Assembly: GCA_035221665.1 (NCBI GenBank)
Contig: JAVHYY010000154.1
Coordinates: 248,001 to 312,000 of the forward strand
From: Okamejei kenojei
Lineage: Eukaryota
Reading direction: 5' to 3'
Length of the DNA stretch: 64,000 bases
Part shown: piece after piece, positions 26,513 through 39,792 of the stretch
Layout of the letters: the number at the start of each line of letters is the position of its first letter
Position numbering within the stretch: the stretch's first letter is position 1
Position numbers and translations under genes: made by a program
The notes under the pieces: generated by a model
What the model was told of the DNA's origin: nothing
The model's input: the letters and a program-made list of their open reading frames with translations, nothing else
The model's database searches: none

Positions 26513-28181
26513 ACTCTACACCTCCATCCCCCACCAGGACGGTCTCAAAGCCCTCCGGTTCTTCCTCGACCAGAGGAGCAACCCATACCCGTCCACTGAC
26601 ACCCTCCTCCGCCTAGCAGAGTTGGTCCTCACCCTCAATAACTTCTCTTTTGATTCCTCCCATTTCCTCCAAACACAAGGCGTAGCTATGGGCACACGCA
26701 TGGGCCCCAGCAACGCTTGCCTCTTTGTTGGGTACGTCGAACAATCCTTGTTCTCGACGTACCAGGGCCCCATCCCCGACCTCTACCTCCGTTACATCGA
26801 CGACTGCTTTGGTGTCACCTCCTGCACCCACACACAACTGACTGACTTCATTCATTTCACCACCATTCCATCCGGCACTCAAATACACTTGACCATTTCC
26901 GACACTTCCCTACCATTCCTTGACCTCACCATCTCTATTGCAGGTGATACGCTCCTGACCGACATCCACTACAAACCTACTGACTCCCACAGCTACCTGG
27001 ACTACTCTTCCTCCCACCCTGCTCCCTGTAAGGACTCCATCCCTATTCCCAATTCCTCCGTCTACGCCGCATCTGCTCCCAGATGAGGTGTTCCACACCA
27101 GGTCATCACAAATGGCCTCATTCTTCAGAGAACGGGATTCCCCTCCCCCACTATTGATGAGGCTCGCACCAGGGTCTCCTCCATACCCCGCAACACTGCC
27201 CTCGCTCCCCATTCCCCCACTCGCAAACAGGGCAGAGTCCCCCTGGTCCTCACCTTTCACCCCCCACCAGCCGGCAAATACAACATATAGTCCTCCGCCA
27301 GTTTCGCCACCTCCAACGTGACCCCTCCACCCGCCACATCTTCCCATCTCCCCCCTGTCTGCCTTCCGCAAAGACCGCTCCCTCCGCAACTTCCTTGTCC
27401 ATTCTTCCCTCCCCTCCCACTCTACCCCTTCCCCGGGCACTTTCCCTTGCAACCGCAAGAAATGCAACACTTGTCCCTTCACCTCCCCCCCTCACTCCTT
27501 TCAGGGACCCAAGCAGTCCTTCCAGGTCCGACAGAGGTTCACCTGCACCTCCTCCAACCTCATCTACTGCATCCGCTGCTCCAGATGCCAGATGATCTAT
27601 ATCGGTGAAACCAAGCGGAGGCTTGGCGATCGCTTCGCCGAACACCTCCGCTCGGTCCGCAATAACCAACCCGACCTCACGGTGGCTCAGCACTTCAACT
27701 CCCCCTCCCATTCCACATCCGACCTCTCGGTCCTGGGCCTCCTCCACGGCCAGAGTGAGCAACACCGCAAGCTGGAGGAACAGCACCTCATATTCCGCTT
27801 GGGGAGTCTGCATCCTTTGGGCTTGAATATTGAATTTTCTCAATTCTGTTAACCCTTGCTGTCTCCTCCCCTCCCACCTCTCCCTCAGCCCTCGGGCCCT
27901 GGCATTTCCTCCATCTCCATCTCCCTCCCCCACCCCAGTCGCACCAGCTTCTCATTTTCACACCACAAACAGCTTACAATGGCTTGTTCCCTTTATCACC
28001 GATACTTCTTTGCATATCTTTCACTCATTGTTCCTTATCTCTCCACATCACCGTCTATATCTCTCGTTTCCCTGATCCCTGACCAGTCTGAAGAAGGGTC
28101 TCGACCCGAAACGTCGCCTATCTCCTTCGCTCCTTAGATGCTGCTGCACCCGCTGAGTTTCTCCAGCTTTTTGTGTACCCC
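26513..28181 (+). mobile_element. Penelope-like element (RT + GIY-YIG endonuclease), 5'-truncated, nested in the gypsy integrase
   Basis: Motifs GVAMG, RYIDD, PFLD and IYCIRC...IYIGET...RFAEH. TSD CAAAGTC (26506-26512 and 28182-28188). Confidence 0.93.
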
Positions 28182-29929
28182 CAAAGTCCTGGTGTTGTTG
28201 CCTATTTCTGGTTTCAGTCTGCAGGCTCGGTATAGTGGTCCCTGTCAGGTGGTGAAGAAGGTTGATGCAAGGGATTACGTTATTGGTACCCCTGATTGGA
28301 GGCGTAAGACTCAGCTCTGTCATATCAACATGCTGAAGCAGTACCATGAGCAGGAGCATGTACAGGTTGATGGGGAGGAGCTGTGTCCTTCGGTTTTGTC
28401 CAAGCCAGTTTTGGCTGTAGTAGTGCTGCCCCCTGACACGGGTGGTGATGTGGGTGAGGCACGGTTGTCTGTGGCAGTGACGCAGGGAAAGCTGTTCAAC
28501 TCTGAAGCTTTGGAGTCGCTTCCCTTGCGGTTGTCTCATTTGTCTGGAAGCCAGCGGGATGATCTGCTTGCTTTGGTGGGGTCAAATGGGTCACTGTTCT
28601 CGGATGTGCCTTCTCAAACGTATGTGCTGGCATTGACGTGTCAATGGTTCAGGTTTGGGTTTTAACAAAATAAATGACTATTTTCTTGAACTTGAGCCTG
28701 GTTTTTGACTATGCTACGCGACTCTGAAGTACCTGCATTCGGGAGTCGTAACACCCACCAACAATCACATCTTCCCATCTCCACTCCTTTCCGCTTTCTA
28801 CGGCGCCGACTCAATCCGCAACTCCTCGGTCCACTCATCTCTTCACACCCTAACCATTCCCTCCCCAGGTACTTTACCCAATCAACCGCTGTAGATGTAA
28901 CATCTGCCCCCACACCTCCACCGTCAAATCCGTCCAATACTCCAGTAGCCCTTACAGGTGATATATAGGTTCACATTGACGTCCACTACACTAGTTTACT
29001 GCATTCGTGGGTTCTACTATGTCCTTCCTTTACGTCGGCGAGACCAAGCATAGACTAGATGAATATTTCACTAAACATTTCGGGTCGGTAGGCCAGGGTC
29101 TGTTGAATCTATCGGTTGTTAACCATTTTGACTTCCATTCCTAGACTGACTTTTCTGTCCTGGCCTTCTTTCCACAGCCAGAGTGAAGCTGCTGGAGAAC
29201 TAGAGGAACATCACCCCATATTACTCGTGGGTTTTCCAGAATCTACCGGCATGAACATTGAATTCCCTAATATTGGGTGACTAACCAATAACCACACGCC
29301 CTCCCCTCTGTACTCCCTGCGCCCACTTGCATGCGTACCTATTTCTCCCATAAACCCGCTGCCCTTGCCCCTTCCCTCCTTTATCCCTTCCTCTGGGGTC
29401 ACCTTTCCTTCCCCTTCATTTCTTAACCTCTTGATTCACAACCTTTAGTGTTTTCATCACTGGACTTTATCCGACCATCTGCCAACCACAGCTCTCCTCA
29501 CCTGTCTCCCCTATCAAACGGATGGACGCGTCCTGCCGCTAGATTTCTTCCTGGTTTCTCCCCGATAATAACTGAAAAGGGGTACGACAGGAATCGTCGC
29601 CTGCAGAGATGCTGCCTGACCCGCCGAGTTACCTCAGCACTTTATGTATGTTATAAAAAAATCTGTGCAATCGCCTTTGACTACAGGGAAATTGAATATT
29701 TATTGAAGGACGAAAAAGAAACGAGCATGTTCATCAAATCATCAAAATCAAATCATCATCAAACAAACTGTACTGTCATTTAGAAATATATCGATATATG
29801 CAATTCCAAACGAAATTCCGTTCCATTTGGCTCCCGGTGCAACACGATAATAAACAGAAGGATAACATGGATAAAATGGATAAAAAGATAAAATGGACAA
29901 AAAGATAAAATAGATAATGGTGGCAGCCC

Positions 29930-30300
29930 ATTACATGTCATCCATGAGTCTGATGGCTCGTGGGAAGAAGCTGTTGCAGAACCTTGATGTTCTGCTCCTT
30001 ATGCTCCGATATCTTTTGCCCGAGGGCAGCAGAGTGAACAGTCCATGATGGAGATGTGTGGGGTCCTTTATAATACTGCTGGCCTTAGACAAGCAACATT
30101 TGGTCGCAATGTCCCCGATTGAGGGGAGAGAAGTCCCGATGTTTTTTTGTCAGCCGTCCTCACCACTCTCTGCACGGACTTCCAGTCGGAGGCTTTACAG
30201 TCCCCAAACCAGACAGAGATGCAGCTGGTCAGAATACTTTCTATGGTGCCCTGTAGAAAGTGGCGAGGACGGGATAAATTCAGGCAGAACAATTCCCGTA
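29930..30300 (-). mobile_element. Rex1-type LINE 3' fragment
   Basis: GTIESILTSCISVWFG...QRVVRTA motif. Confidence 0.75.
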
Positions 30301-30331
30301 TTCGTTTCCCACGTGAACCAAAATCTGGACA

Positions 30332-30812
30332 TTATAACCATATAACCATATAACAATTACAGCACGGAAACAGGCCCTCTCGGCCCTTCCAGTCCGTGCC
30401 GACCATTTGTTTTCCCCTAGTCCCATCTACCTGCACTCAGACCATACCCCTCCATTCCCTTCACGTCCATATACCTATCCACTTTACTCTTAAATGTTAA
30501 AATCGATCCTGCCTCCACCACTTCTGCTGGAAGCTCATTCCACACAGCCACCACCCTCTGAGTAAAGAAGTTCCCCCTCACGTTACCCCGAAACGTCTGT
30601 CCCTTAATTCTCATTTCATGCCCTCTTGTTTAAATCTTCCCTACCCTCAATGGGAAAAACGTATCCACGTCAACTCTGTCTATCCCTTTCATCATTTTAA
30701 AGACCCCAATCAAGTCCCCCCTTAACCTTCTGTGCTCCAACGAATAAAGACCTAACTTGTTCAACCTTTTTCTGTAACATAGTTGCTGGAACCCTGGCAA
30801 CATTCTAGTAAA
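30332..30812 (-). mobile_element. CR1 3' fragment (ATATGGTT tail family)
   Basis: FFTQRVVAVWNELP motif and tail repeats. Confidence 0.88.
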
Positions 30813-33661
30813 ATTCATAATTATTCAAAAGTTCACAAGTTCTAGGAGCAGAATTGGGTTATTTCGACTACTCCGCCATTCAATCATGACTATCTATATT
30901 TCACTCTCAACCCCATTCTCCTGCCTTATCCGCCATAACTCCTGATACCCCTGTGTGGTAATTCCACGTAGAACAGATGGGGCAGACAGTACATATGCAA
31001 GGCCGCTTGTGTATATCAAAATATAGCCTTGTACGAGGACATGGGACTGGGGTGATTGGTTAAATGATTGAGGTAGACAACTTGAAAAAACGGCTCTGCA
31101 TTCCCGAGTCAACGACGACCGTTGATCACCCGTTCACGCAGGTTCTATATTGTTTATCCATTTTCGCATCCATTCTGTATACATTGGTGCAAATTAACCT
31201 GCAGACCGTGGTTAGGATATGGTAGGAAACGGAAGAAACCGCAGGAAACCCACGCTGCCTTTGGGTGAATGAGTAAACTCCGCATAGACAGCATCTAAGA
31301 TTAGGACGGAGCCCCGGTCCCTGACGCTGTGAGGCAGCAGTTCTGCACCACTCTGAGAGTTAGACGATTCACGTACAGCCATTTTAGGAACCCATGACGG
31401 CCAGAAAGGATTGGAGTGATAAATGTCTCGACCAGCTGCGTTTTGAACGACTTCAGTTTTGCAGATGACAATTCAAAATAATGCAGCGCGGGTAAAAACT
31501 GGGTGTTTGGACATGATTATATCGTGATCATCAAATCCAAACAGAACAAGTGCACCAATGAGTGCTTTCAACGTGGCCCATGGCGCAGAAGATCCTCCAG
31601 GTTTCTGCATTGAATGGATGGCTTTAGTTACAAAAAGAGATTTGATATTACTGTTGATCCCACGTGGCCGAGGGATGTCACCTTACAGAGGATTCTAGAG
31701 GAATGACGGATATAGGCAGGATGAATAGTAAGAGTCTATATCACAGGGCAGGGTCCAAAGATAGGTTCAATCGGAGAGGGTGAAGATTTAAAGGAATTAT
31801 GTGGGATAAGATATTCCACGCAGAGGGCAGCAATTATCTGCGCCGAGCTGCCACTGAAAAGGCACTCTGTTGGAACATTACAAGTTTTTATCAACATTAC
31901 AAATTTCCATCAACTGGCCCATATTCCAAAGATGTACTGGTTTGTAGGTTAGTTGGCTTCGGTAAAAATTGTAAATTGTCCCAAGTGCGTGGATCGCCAG
32001 TCGGCACTGAGTCGGTAGGCAGAAGGGCCCGTTGCTGCGCTGTATCTCTGAACTAAACTAAACTAAACTAAGACTGGAAGCAATTTAGGGGATCCGAGAA
32101 TGCAGAAGGATAGAAAAACATCGCTTATGCGCTGTTTCTTGCGCCCCTTTCATTAAATTGCAACTACACGGAAAACTACACTAATAAAAACTACACTGAA
32201 ACATGACCTCCAGGTTCACCTTTTCGTTTCAGCCTTTTAGAGACACAGCGCGGGAGCAGACCTTTCGGCCCAGCGATTCCGGTGCGACCAGCGATCCCCG
32301 CACACTAGAATTATCCTATACACTAGGGACAATTTACGATGTTACCATGCCAATTAGCCTACAAACCTGTGCGTCATTGAGTTGTTGGAGGAAATCGGAG
32401 CTCCAAGAGAAAACCCACGCAGGTCGCAGGCAGAACGTACAAACTCTGTGCAGACAGCACCCGTAGTCAGGATCGAATTCGGATCTCTGGCGCAGCAAGG
32501 CAGCAAATCTACCTTTGCTGCGCTACTGTGCCGCAGTACCTTGATCATTGTTTACCCGTTCATGCTAGGTCTTTGCCATCCCCCGTTTTTGCAACCACTG
32601 CCGACACACACTAGGGACACGTTACAATGGCCAATTAACTTTAAACAACAAGCTTGTCTGTGGGACGGAGCGGTGGAGGGGGGGGGGGGGGGGGTGGGGG
32701 GGGAGGACTGGTGGGAACTGGAGCACCCGGAGGAAACCTGCACGGTCACAGGTAGAACCGTCAAACTCCGTGCTGACTGCGGTCGAACTGGTGTTTCTGC
32801 GAGGCAATGGTTCTACCAGCTGTGCTATTCTTTCTGCCCAGGGGCTCACTTGAATACCACATTTGAAATTAAATTATGTTGTTAAAATTCAATTTCGAAA
32901 TTTCTTGCATTCATTTCAGACATTGCCCTGTGATACTGAAGATAGTTGAAAGTGTGAAGAACTAAACATGCTTCTTGCGTGTGTGTTAGATTTGAGTGAA
33001 TTTGCAAACAGAATGAGCTATCACGGCGTGGAATGCGCCGCGCCATTGTATCGCCCCTGTGTTTATGGCCGACAGAACGAATAGGCCTCCGCCATGGGCA
33101 ATGGCTAAACCAGAGGAGCGGACTGCGAGTTGCTTGGAAGGAATGTGACTTATTAACTTACAACTAACAAGACAGTTGGACCGGTGCATGTATAGGAAAG
33201 GCTTAGAGGAAAATGGGCCAAGTGCGGGAACTTGGAATTTGCCAAGATTAGTCATCTTGTTCAGCGTGGACAGGGTGGACCGAAGGGCATGTTTTGTGGT
33301 AGAGCACCCCATGACCCCGTGACTCTGTGACTCTAACGGAAAGTTCCGCCAATTGATAGGAACGGTTGTCAAGGGTTATGGGGAGAAGGCAGGTGAATTG
33401 GGTTAGTAGGGAGCTCTAGATCAGCCATGGCTGAAGGGCGGAGTACGCTCGCATAGCTTAATTCTGTTCCCATAATTTACGAACTTATGAATACAAGTTC
33501 ATAAGTGGGCAGATCTGCGACCGAGCGGTGGATTACTTCTGCTGCTGCGCTGACGCGATCCTTTGGTGAGAGGGGACGGCTGGCGCTTCCAAAGTTGTTC
33601 ATAGCGAAAACTGGTGTTGTCTGTTCTCCCTCTGGGTTTTCCTAGCAGTTACAGCGCTCAT

Positions 33662-33700
33662 GTGTTTTTCACCAGCACAGCCGCCGATCATATGTCTGTG
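33662..33700 (-). other. 23-spacer RSS of the minus-strand V
   Basis: Minus strand CACAGAC - 23 nt - GAAAAACAC, immediately after YYCAAR. Confidence 0.8.
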
Positions 33701-33998
33701 CGAGCAGCGCAGTAATATACGGCAGCGTCCTCTACCCGGATGGGGTTTACATTCAAGTATAGGTTCGAGCGGGAGCTTGAAGCCTTCTGGCGGCCTTGAA
33801 AATCAGGAGCATACTGTATATTGGAAGAGTCGTAGTATCTCGTTGTCCATTCCAGTCCTTTCCCTGGACGCTGTCGGTACCAGTACATGACGTAGGAGTC
33901 AATGGAACCCCCCGTCATTTCGCACGAGAACCGCATATTTCCTTCGACCTGCACAGCAGCAGATTCCGGTTGGGTGAGCACAAGGACCGATGCGGCTC
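33701..33998 (-). CDS. Antigen-receptor V exon, IgH-like (TAILV/VH-delta-like)
   Basis: VLTQP...C...WYRQRPGKGLEW...YYDSS...YAPDFQGR...EDAAVYYCAAR; open frame; polypyrimidine/CAG acceptor at 33999. Confidence 0.95.
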
Positions 33999-34669
33999 CT
34001 GTTAGGAGAAAGGGAGAGAAGAATAGGAGGTGCATTGTGGAAGGAAGTACCCCAGCCCAAAGATACACACGAGACAGAGACGTTTGCATTGTTGGAGAAA
34101 CACTTCTGGGGAATACTCTGATATCTTTACCCGCCCTGGCCTCTATCTCCCGGTTGCTAACTTTAACGTCCCCTCCCATTCCCACACTGATATTTCTGTG
34201 CTGAGGCTCCTCCGCTGTCAGAGTGCGGCCCAATCGGAGGAGCAGCACCTCAGATTTCGCTTGTACTGCTTACAACACTATGAATATTGATTTATGTAAC
34301 TTTAAGTAACCCTTGTTTTCACATTGTCCCCGTCCCCCCCCCCCCCTAGTTTGACTAGTTTCACTGTCCTTCCGATTAATTTTACTGATTGTATGTTTCC
34401 TTGTCACCTTGAGCCAATTCGCCCAGTTAATAGATATTTGCTGTGTTGTTTGGTTAATATTCCTCTCGCGTTTCTTGCCCCGGCTCACAGCCCTTTTGAT
34501 CAAAAGCAGCACACTCCCAGTTGACCTGGCAAATGTCATAACAATTAAATTGCTGACGTTCAAAATCTCCCCTTTTCACTGCCCATGTTTATGTTGCGCG
34601 TATCCCTTTACTTTCTGCCCGTTTTCTAAACGTACATCTAGTAGGAACGGAAAACAGGACAAGACTCAC

Positions 34670-34718
34670 TGAATACACGAGACAGCATCATGAAGACGAG
34701 ATAGGGAGCGATTTCCAT
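34670..34718 (-). CDS. Leader exon of the minus-strand V (MEIAPYLVFMMLSRVF)
   Basis: ATG, hydrophobic peptide, and a phase-1 GTGAGT donor in frame with the V exon. Confidence 0.8.
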
Positions 34719-34974
34719 TTCAGGAGTTACTGATCGGCAGGCAGTACCTCGAGCAGTGAGGGCAAGACCATCTCATGAAGACACGCCCGAGCGGGCACGT
34801 GGTACACACGCCTTACGTACCTACCTCACGCACGCTAGGTCGTCATCACTCGTCTAAGCAGAGCCTCAGTAAAGTTTGCGCTGGAGTTTTCTTTGCTCCA
34901 AATGAGGCCATTGAAAGTGTAAGAGGCCCAACTAGTGGGAGGTGGAGGGTGCAGTTTCGTTAATGCAATATTTA

Positions 34975-35245
34975 TGCCCCTGTCCCACTTAAAACAAAAA
35001 ACCTGAAAAACCTCTGGAGACTCTGCTCCCCACCCAAGGTTTCCCTGCGTTTTCCGTAGGATCCCGGAGGTTTTTGTCAGTCTCCCTTATGGTTGAAAGT
35101 GGTTACCGTCTTAAAAATCGGTAATGTTTTAGTGGAAGCCGGTTGCAATGCTAGTTGGAAACCTCCGGGAACCACAGGGAAACCTTGGGTGGGGCGCAAA
35201 GTTTCCAGAGCTTTCCGTTGAGGTTTACTAAGTGGGACAGGGGCA
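34975..35245. mobile_element. Non-autonomous DNA transposon (Harbinger-type MITE)
   Basis: 17-nt TIR TGCCCCTGTCCCACTTA / TAAGTGGGACAGGGGCA; TTA target-site duplication. Confidence 0.85.
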
Positions 35246-37510
35246 TTAGGTAGTTAATGGTTAATTTGTGAATGGCTGAAAGGGGTATCGCGCAGAAGCA
35301 TGAACAGGGCAGTAGATGGATGCGCCATCAAGCACATAAGTGTGTGTGTGCCAACCATGATGCCAAACTGAACTAGTCTCACCTGTTCACACGTGACCCA
35401 TTGCCTCAATTCCTTGCATATTCAAGTGCCTCTGAACTTCCGCTATCCTATCAATTTCCACCACCTCACCCGGGCGCGCATTCAAGCCTCGACATTCCCG
35501 ACCCATGCAACACCTAAATGGAACTGAGTGCAATTGTGGAAAGTTATAGGAATATGAGCCGTACAGCAGATAATGGGATCTTTGGCCCAATAAGTTTAGC
35601 CAATCTGGTCTTAACCTCATTTACCGGTACTCGTTCCATCTTTCTGTGCTTTTGCTGTTCAATTGTCCGTCGAAATATTCTAAACCGTAGCAATTTCATA
35701 TATTTCCACTACCTCACCATGCTTCACGCTTCAATACATTTCTCGTCAATACTCCCGCCTCACACACCTTCTGCGCCCTTGTGGCGTTGCTACGTTCAAT
35801 GGGGGCGTATTCTACCTCGTCTACCTATGGTCCTCGTAATTGTGTGTACCGGTATCTAGTCATGCCTATGCCCCAATCGTCCTATAGTCAGCCTATCCGA
35901 ATCTCCCTCCATATCATGACTTCCAATCCAAGCAACACCCTGCGAATATCGCTTGACTACCCCTTTGCGCGGAGGAGGGGGGGGGGGGGGGCAGCTGTGG
36001 TGCTTCTGACTTGGCCAGCAGAAGGCACCCTTTACACGTCATATCTCTCCACGACCTGTTGGGTTACGGTACCGATTACGTGAAAGGGAATCTGAGATGA
36101 ATGACGTAGGTCGCATATTTGGGTAGGAAATAACTGCAGATGCCGATTTAAATCGAACATAGACGCAAAAAGCTCCAGTGACTCAATTTGGCAGGCTTCG
36201 TCTCTGGAGAAAAATAACAGGTGCCGTGTCGGGTCGAGGGCCTTCTTCAGATCGTGAGTCAGTGGAAAGGGAAACGAGAGATATAGACGATGATATAGAG
36301 AAATAGAAAACAAATGAATGGAATGGGTAGTGAGCTATTGCTAACCAGAGTACGGAGAAAATTTAATACCGTTTTTAAAGCTCGTATACTGTTTGACCTG
36401 AACATGCATTAAGTCGCTGCTTTCACTGGCGAGGTAGTGGGACATTAAAACATTTATGATAGTTGCCGACTAAAAAAAAGCAGAAAAAACCGGAGGCTGA
36501 GAAATGTCAGAGGAAACAGGGGAATGTCTTGCCAGATGAACATGTTAGCCCTGAAAACGAAACCATATGTGAAGGGTAGGATTGGTGGTGTTTCTCAAAC
36601 GTTTAGAAAAAGAATGTGGAAACATGAATAATGGGGACGTGGAGAGGGTTGGGGGGCGTTGCACCATTGCAGTTGCACGTTTGCGCTTATATTTCGAAAG
36701 CACTCTTGTGTTAGCTCTCCGTGCACAGGGTTTGTTAATTACGACCTTTTCCTTTACAACAGGGGAAATATAAAATAAAACCAAATACTTTCTCTTCGGG
36801 TTGGACTCTCGTTGGAGGCATGGGTTCGCGGCATTATACATGACAGGAAGCACGTTCAATAAACCATGACGATCCAGATTAGGCTATGGTTCCCTCTGTT
36901 CAATTTAATGGCTTCGTTTTCATGTGATTTGAGGGTCGTGATTGATATTGTGTGTTACCCCATCCTTAACTAGTTATGTAGACGCGATATAAAACAGAGC
37001 CGAATAGGAACGAGTTTTAGCCCACGATGTCTGTGCCTAACAAGATAGCAACATCAAGAGAGAGTGAGAGAGAGAGAGAGAGAGGGCTCTTAAAGATAGC
37101 GGAGTCAGGGGATATGGTGAGAAGGCGGGAACCGGGTACTGATTGGGAATGATCAGTCATGATCACATTGAATAGCGGCGCTGGCTTGAAGGGCCGAATG
37201 GCCTAATGCTGCACGTAATGTCTATTGTCTGTTGTCTATCAACGTATCTGCATCATAGAATCCATGTCCCTCAATTCCCCGCGTCCCCCTGTGCCATTCT
37301 CAAAGCCTCGTAAACGGCACTATCGTATCTCCCTCCACCATCACCGCGGGCAGTGCGTTCCAGGCACTCGCTACCCGCTGTGTCAAAGACGTGACCTGCC
37401 CAACTCTTTTCAACTTCGTCCATCTCATGTCAATACTATCTCCTCTGGTATTTTATATTTAGGGAAAAAATGATCAGGTTGTCTAACATGTCTATGCCTC
37501 TCATACATTT

Positions 37511-38553
37511 ACTAGTAATGTTACACAATTATTGAGATTTTAAAAATCAAGTCTGCCCTTAATGCAATATATCCCATCAGATAAAGTATAAAAAGAAGTT
37601 TAATTTGACACCTAATTCACTTTCATATCTTCAGTATTAAAAACGTTATGGCCATTTTCATCCTCGGATCTTTAGCATCTTGTTCCCCATTGTCTTTCCA
37701 TTGACTTAACACAAAAGCTGTGATCGAGGACAGTCAGAAGCCCATAACCTTCTTAAACATTAAGAGAACTGAATGAATTTTTCAATTGTTATAGATTGAA
37801 GCATTCTGAAACAAATATGAAACAATCTTACTTGGATGACCTGAAATTAAAGCATATAATTAGTTAGTTATCTAATTGTAGCTAATTACAAAGTTCGATT
37901 ACTAGATCTAAACATCTATCCATTTCTTAAGAAATTATAAACATTTTTAAATTGCCTAGGTGTCCAAATAACAGTCACACAATTATCCACAATGTAACAT
38001 GATTTTTAAATCTAATTTTCATGAATTTATGGGCCAAATGGAAGGAATTTAGTGTTTAATGCCTGTAAATTAATAGCCATTTAAATTAACGCGAGTGGGT
38101 TTTAGTGGAATGCGGGGGATTGGAACGTTGCGGTTTGCGATGAGGTCGGCAGGAAAAATGCTGTCTGTTCATACATTTTTTTGCCCCCTTTTCGCAACTT
38201 GAAAACGTGATTAAAGGCTTCCTAAAAAACAAGTTTTAATGTAAAAATAAACTGTGTACCGTCTTTTATCGCCTACGTTAGGTCCGTTCTGCTGTCGGCG
38301 TTCAGAGCTTTAGAAGATGATTTTTAAACTACTCTAGTTAATAAATAATCTAGCATAATTTAAAAATAGCTACATGAATGAAATGTCGGAGCGATTTCTC
38401 TTTAGCGACGAAATCGCCCGACATGGATCGATTTGGACTGTCTAGGGAAAAACGGCATTTTAAATACTCCCCCCTCTGAAAGGCGCAAAGTCACGCACAT
38501 GGCGAGCGGCAGAACTGCAGCGCTGCTCAAGGTAAGTTTTGTAACATACCTAC
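37511..38553. mobile_element. Probable non-autonomous DNA transposon inserted in a CR1 fragment
   Basis: AT-rich block with imperfect inverted ends (TAATGTTACACAA / TTTTGTAACATA); CR1-like sequence resumes on both sides. Confidence 0.5.
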
Positions 38554-39297
38554 ATATACATACTTCTATCGGGTCTCCCCTCAACCTCCGACATTCCCGA
38601 GAATACAATATATGACTGTCCTACCTCTCAGTGGTGCCAATGCTCTCCAACCAATTGCATGGTATTTGTAGGGAGGAACTGGAGATGCTGATATAAACCG
38701 AAGATAGTCACAAAAAGCTGGAGTAACTCAGTGGAACAGGCAGCATCTCCGGGGAGAGGGAATGGGTGACGTTTCGGGTCGAGAGTCAGAATAAGGGTCT
38801 CGATCCGATACGTCACCCATTCCTGCTCTCCATAGATGCTGCCTATGCCGCTGAGCTACTCCAGCTCTTTGTGTCGAACTTCAATGCATGATATTGGTAT
38901 CTATAATGGGGTGTAGTATTATCTCAAAATTGGCGCATTTTGAAACAATTTTTGCATCGAATGTAGCAGCCCGCGATGATTGCATTTTCGAATTTAATTG
39001 TCTAACTTTAGAAATGGAAATCTAAAATCTGCATTGTTATGGATATACGACAGTCGGCCATAAGACCGAAAGAAGCTGCTTTAATCAGAGAGGGGGCGGA
39101 TTTAGAATTTGTTGCGTACTGTCCTTGAACAGGCGTTGGAAGGATTAGGATAGACACATGTCAAGCATGATAAGGGTATGTACAGATGCGTTCATAAATG
39201 GTTTGCCCATGGATCGATAATCATGTCTATTTGAGGCGGTAGTTATGATGATATATTGTATAAGAGGTTTATTCAAACAGAGACTGAGAAATAGGGA

Positions 39298-39620
39298 TGG
39301 CACGGTGGCACAGGGGCGGCGCAGTGGCGAAGTGGTAGAGTTGCATGCTTACAGCGCTTACAGCGCCAAAGACCCAGTCTCGATCCGGACTGCGGGGGCT
39401 GTCTGTCCGGAGTTTTCACATTCTCCCCACGTTTTCCCCACGACCTTCAGTTTCACACCGTAGTCCAAAGACGTGCGGGTTTCTAGGGTAATTGGCATGT
39501 TATACATGTAAATTGACCCCGTGTGTAGGTTACTGTTAATGTGCGGGAAATCGCTGATAGACGCGGACTCGTTGGGCCGAAGGGCCTATTTCCACGCTGT
39601 ATCCCTAAACTAAACTATAC
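39298..39620 (+). mobile_element. tRNA-derived SINE
   Basis: A/B-box-like head and TAAAC tail. Related copies near 32230-32520 (-), 42140-42340 (+), 48215-48310 (-) and 49628-49875 (+). Confidence 0.75.
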
Positions 39621-39792
39621 CAAAGATACCTTCGTTCCAGATTAGACGGTTAAATTGAGTTAGATAAGATAGCGGAATCAGGGGATAGTGGGAGAAGGCA
39701 GGAACCGGCTACTGATTGTGGATGATCACATTGAATGGCGGTTCTGGCTTGAAAGGTCGAATGGCCTACTCTTGCACATATTGTCTATTGTT

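Larger units (their letters stand above)
22640..28753 (+). mobile_element. Gmr1-like gypsy LTR retrotransposon (gag-PR-IN; RT deleted)
   Basis: 5' LTR 22640-23215 (TGTTA...TAACA), PBS TGGGGCTCGTCC (tRNA-Pro type) at 23219-23230, CCHC knuckle, LRDTGA protease followed directly by HHCC/DDE integrase, partial 3' LTR 28646-28753, TSD CCCAC (22635-22639 and 28754-28758). Confidence 0.93.

Noticed and set aside
31450-31700. Minus-strand ILCKVT...QKPGG words hinting at a decayed V
   Set aside because: The words are not in a consistent V framework and there is no RSS.
39298-39400. tRNA-like sequence
   Set aside because: Degenerate SINE head, not a foldable tRNA gene.
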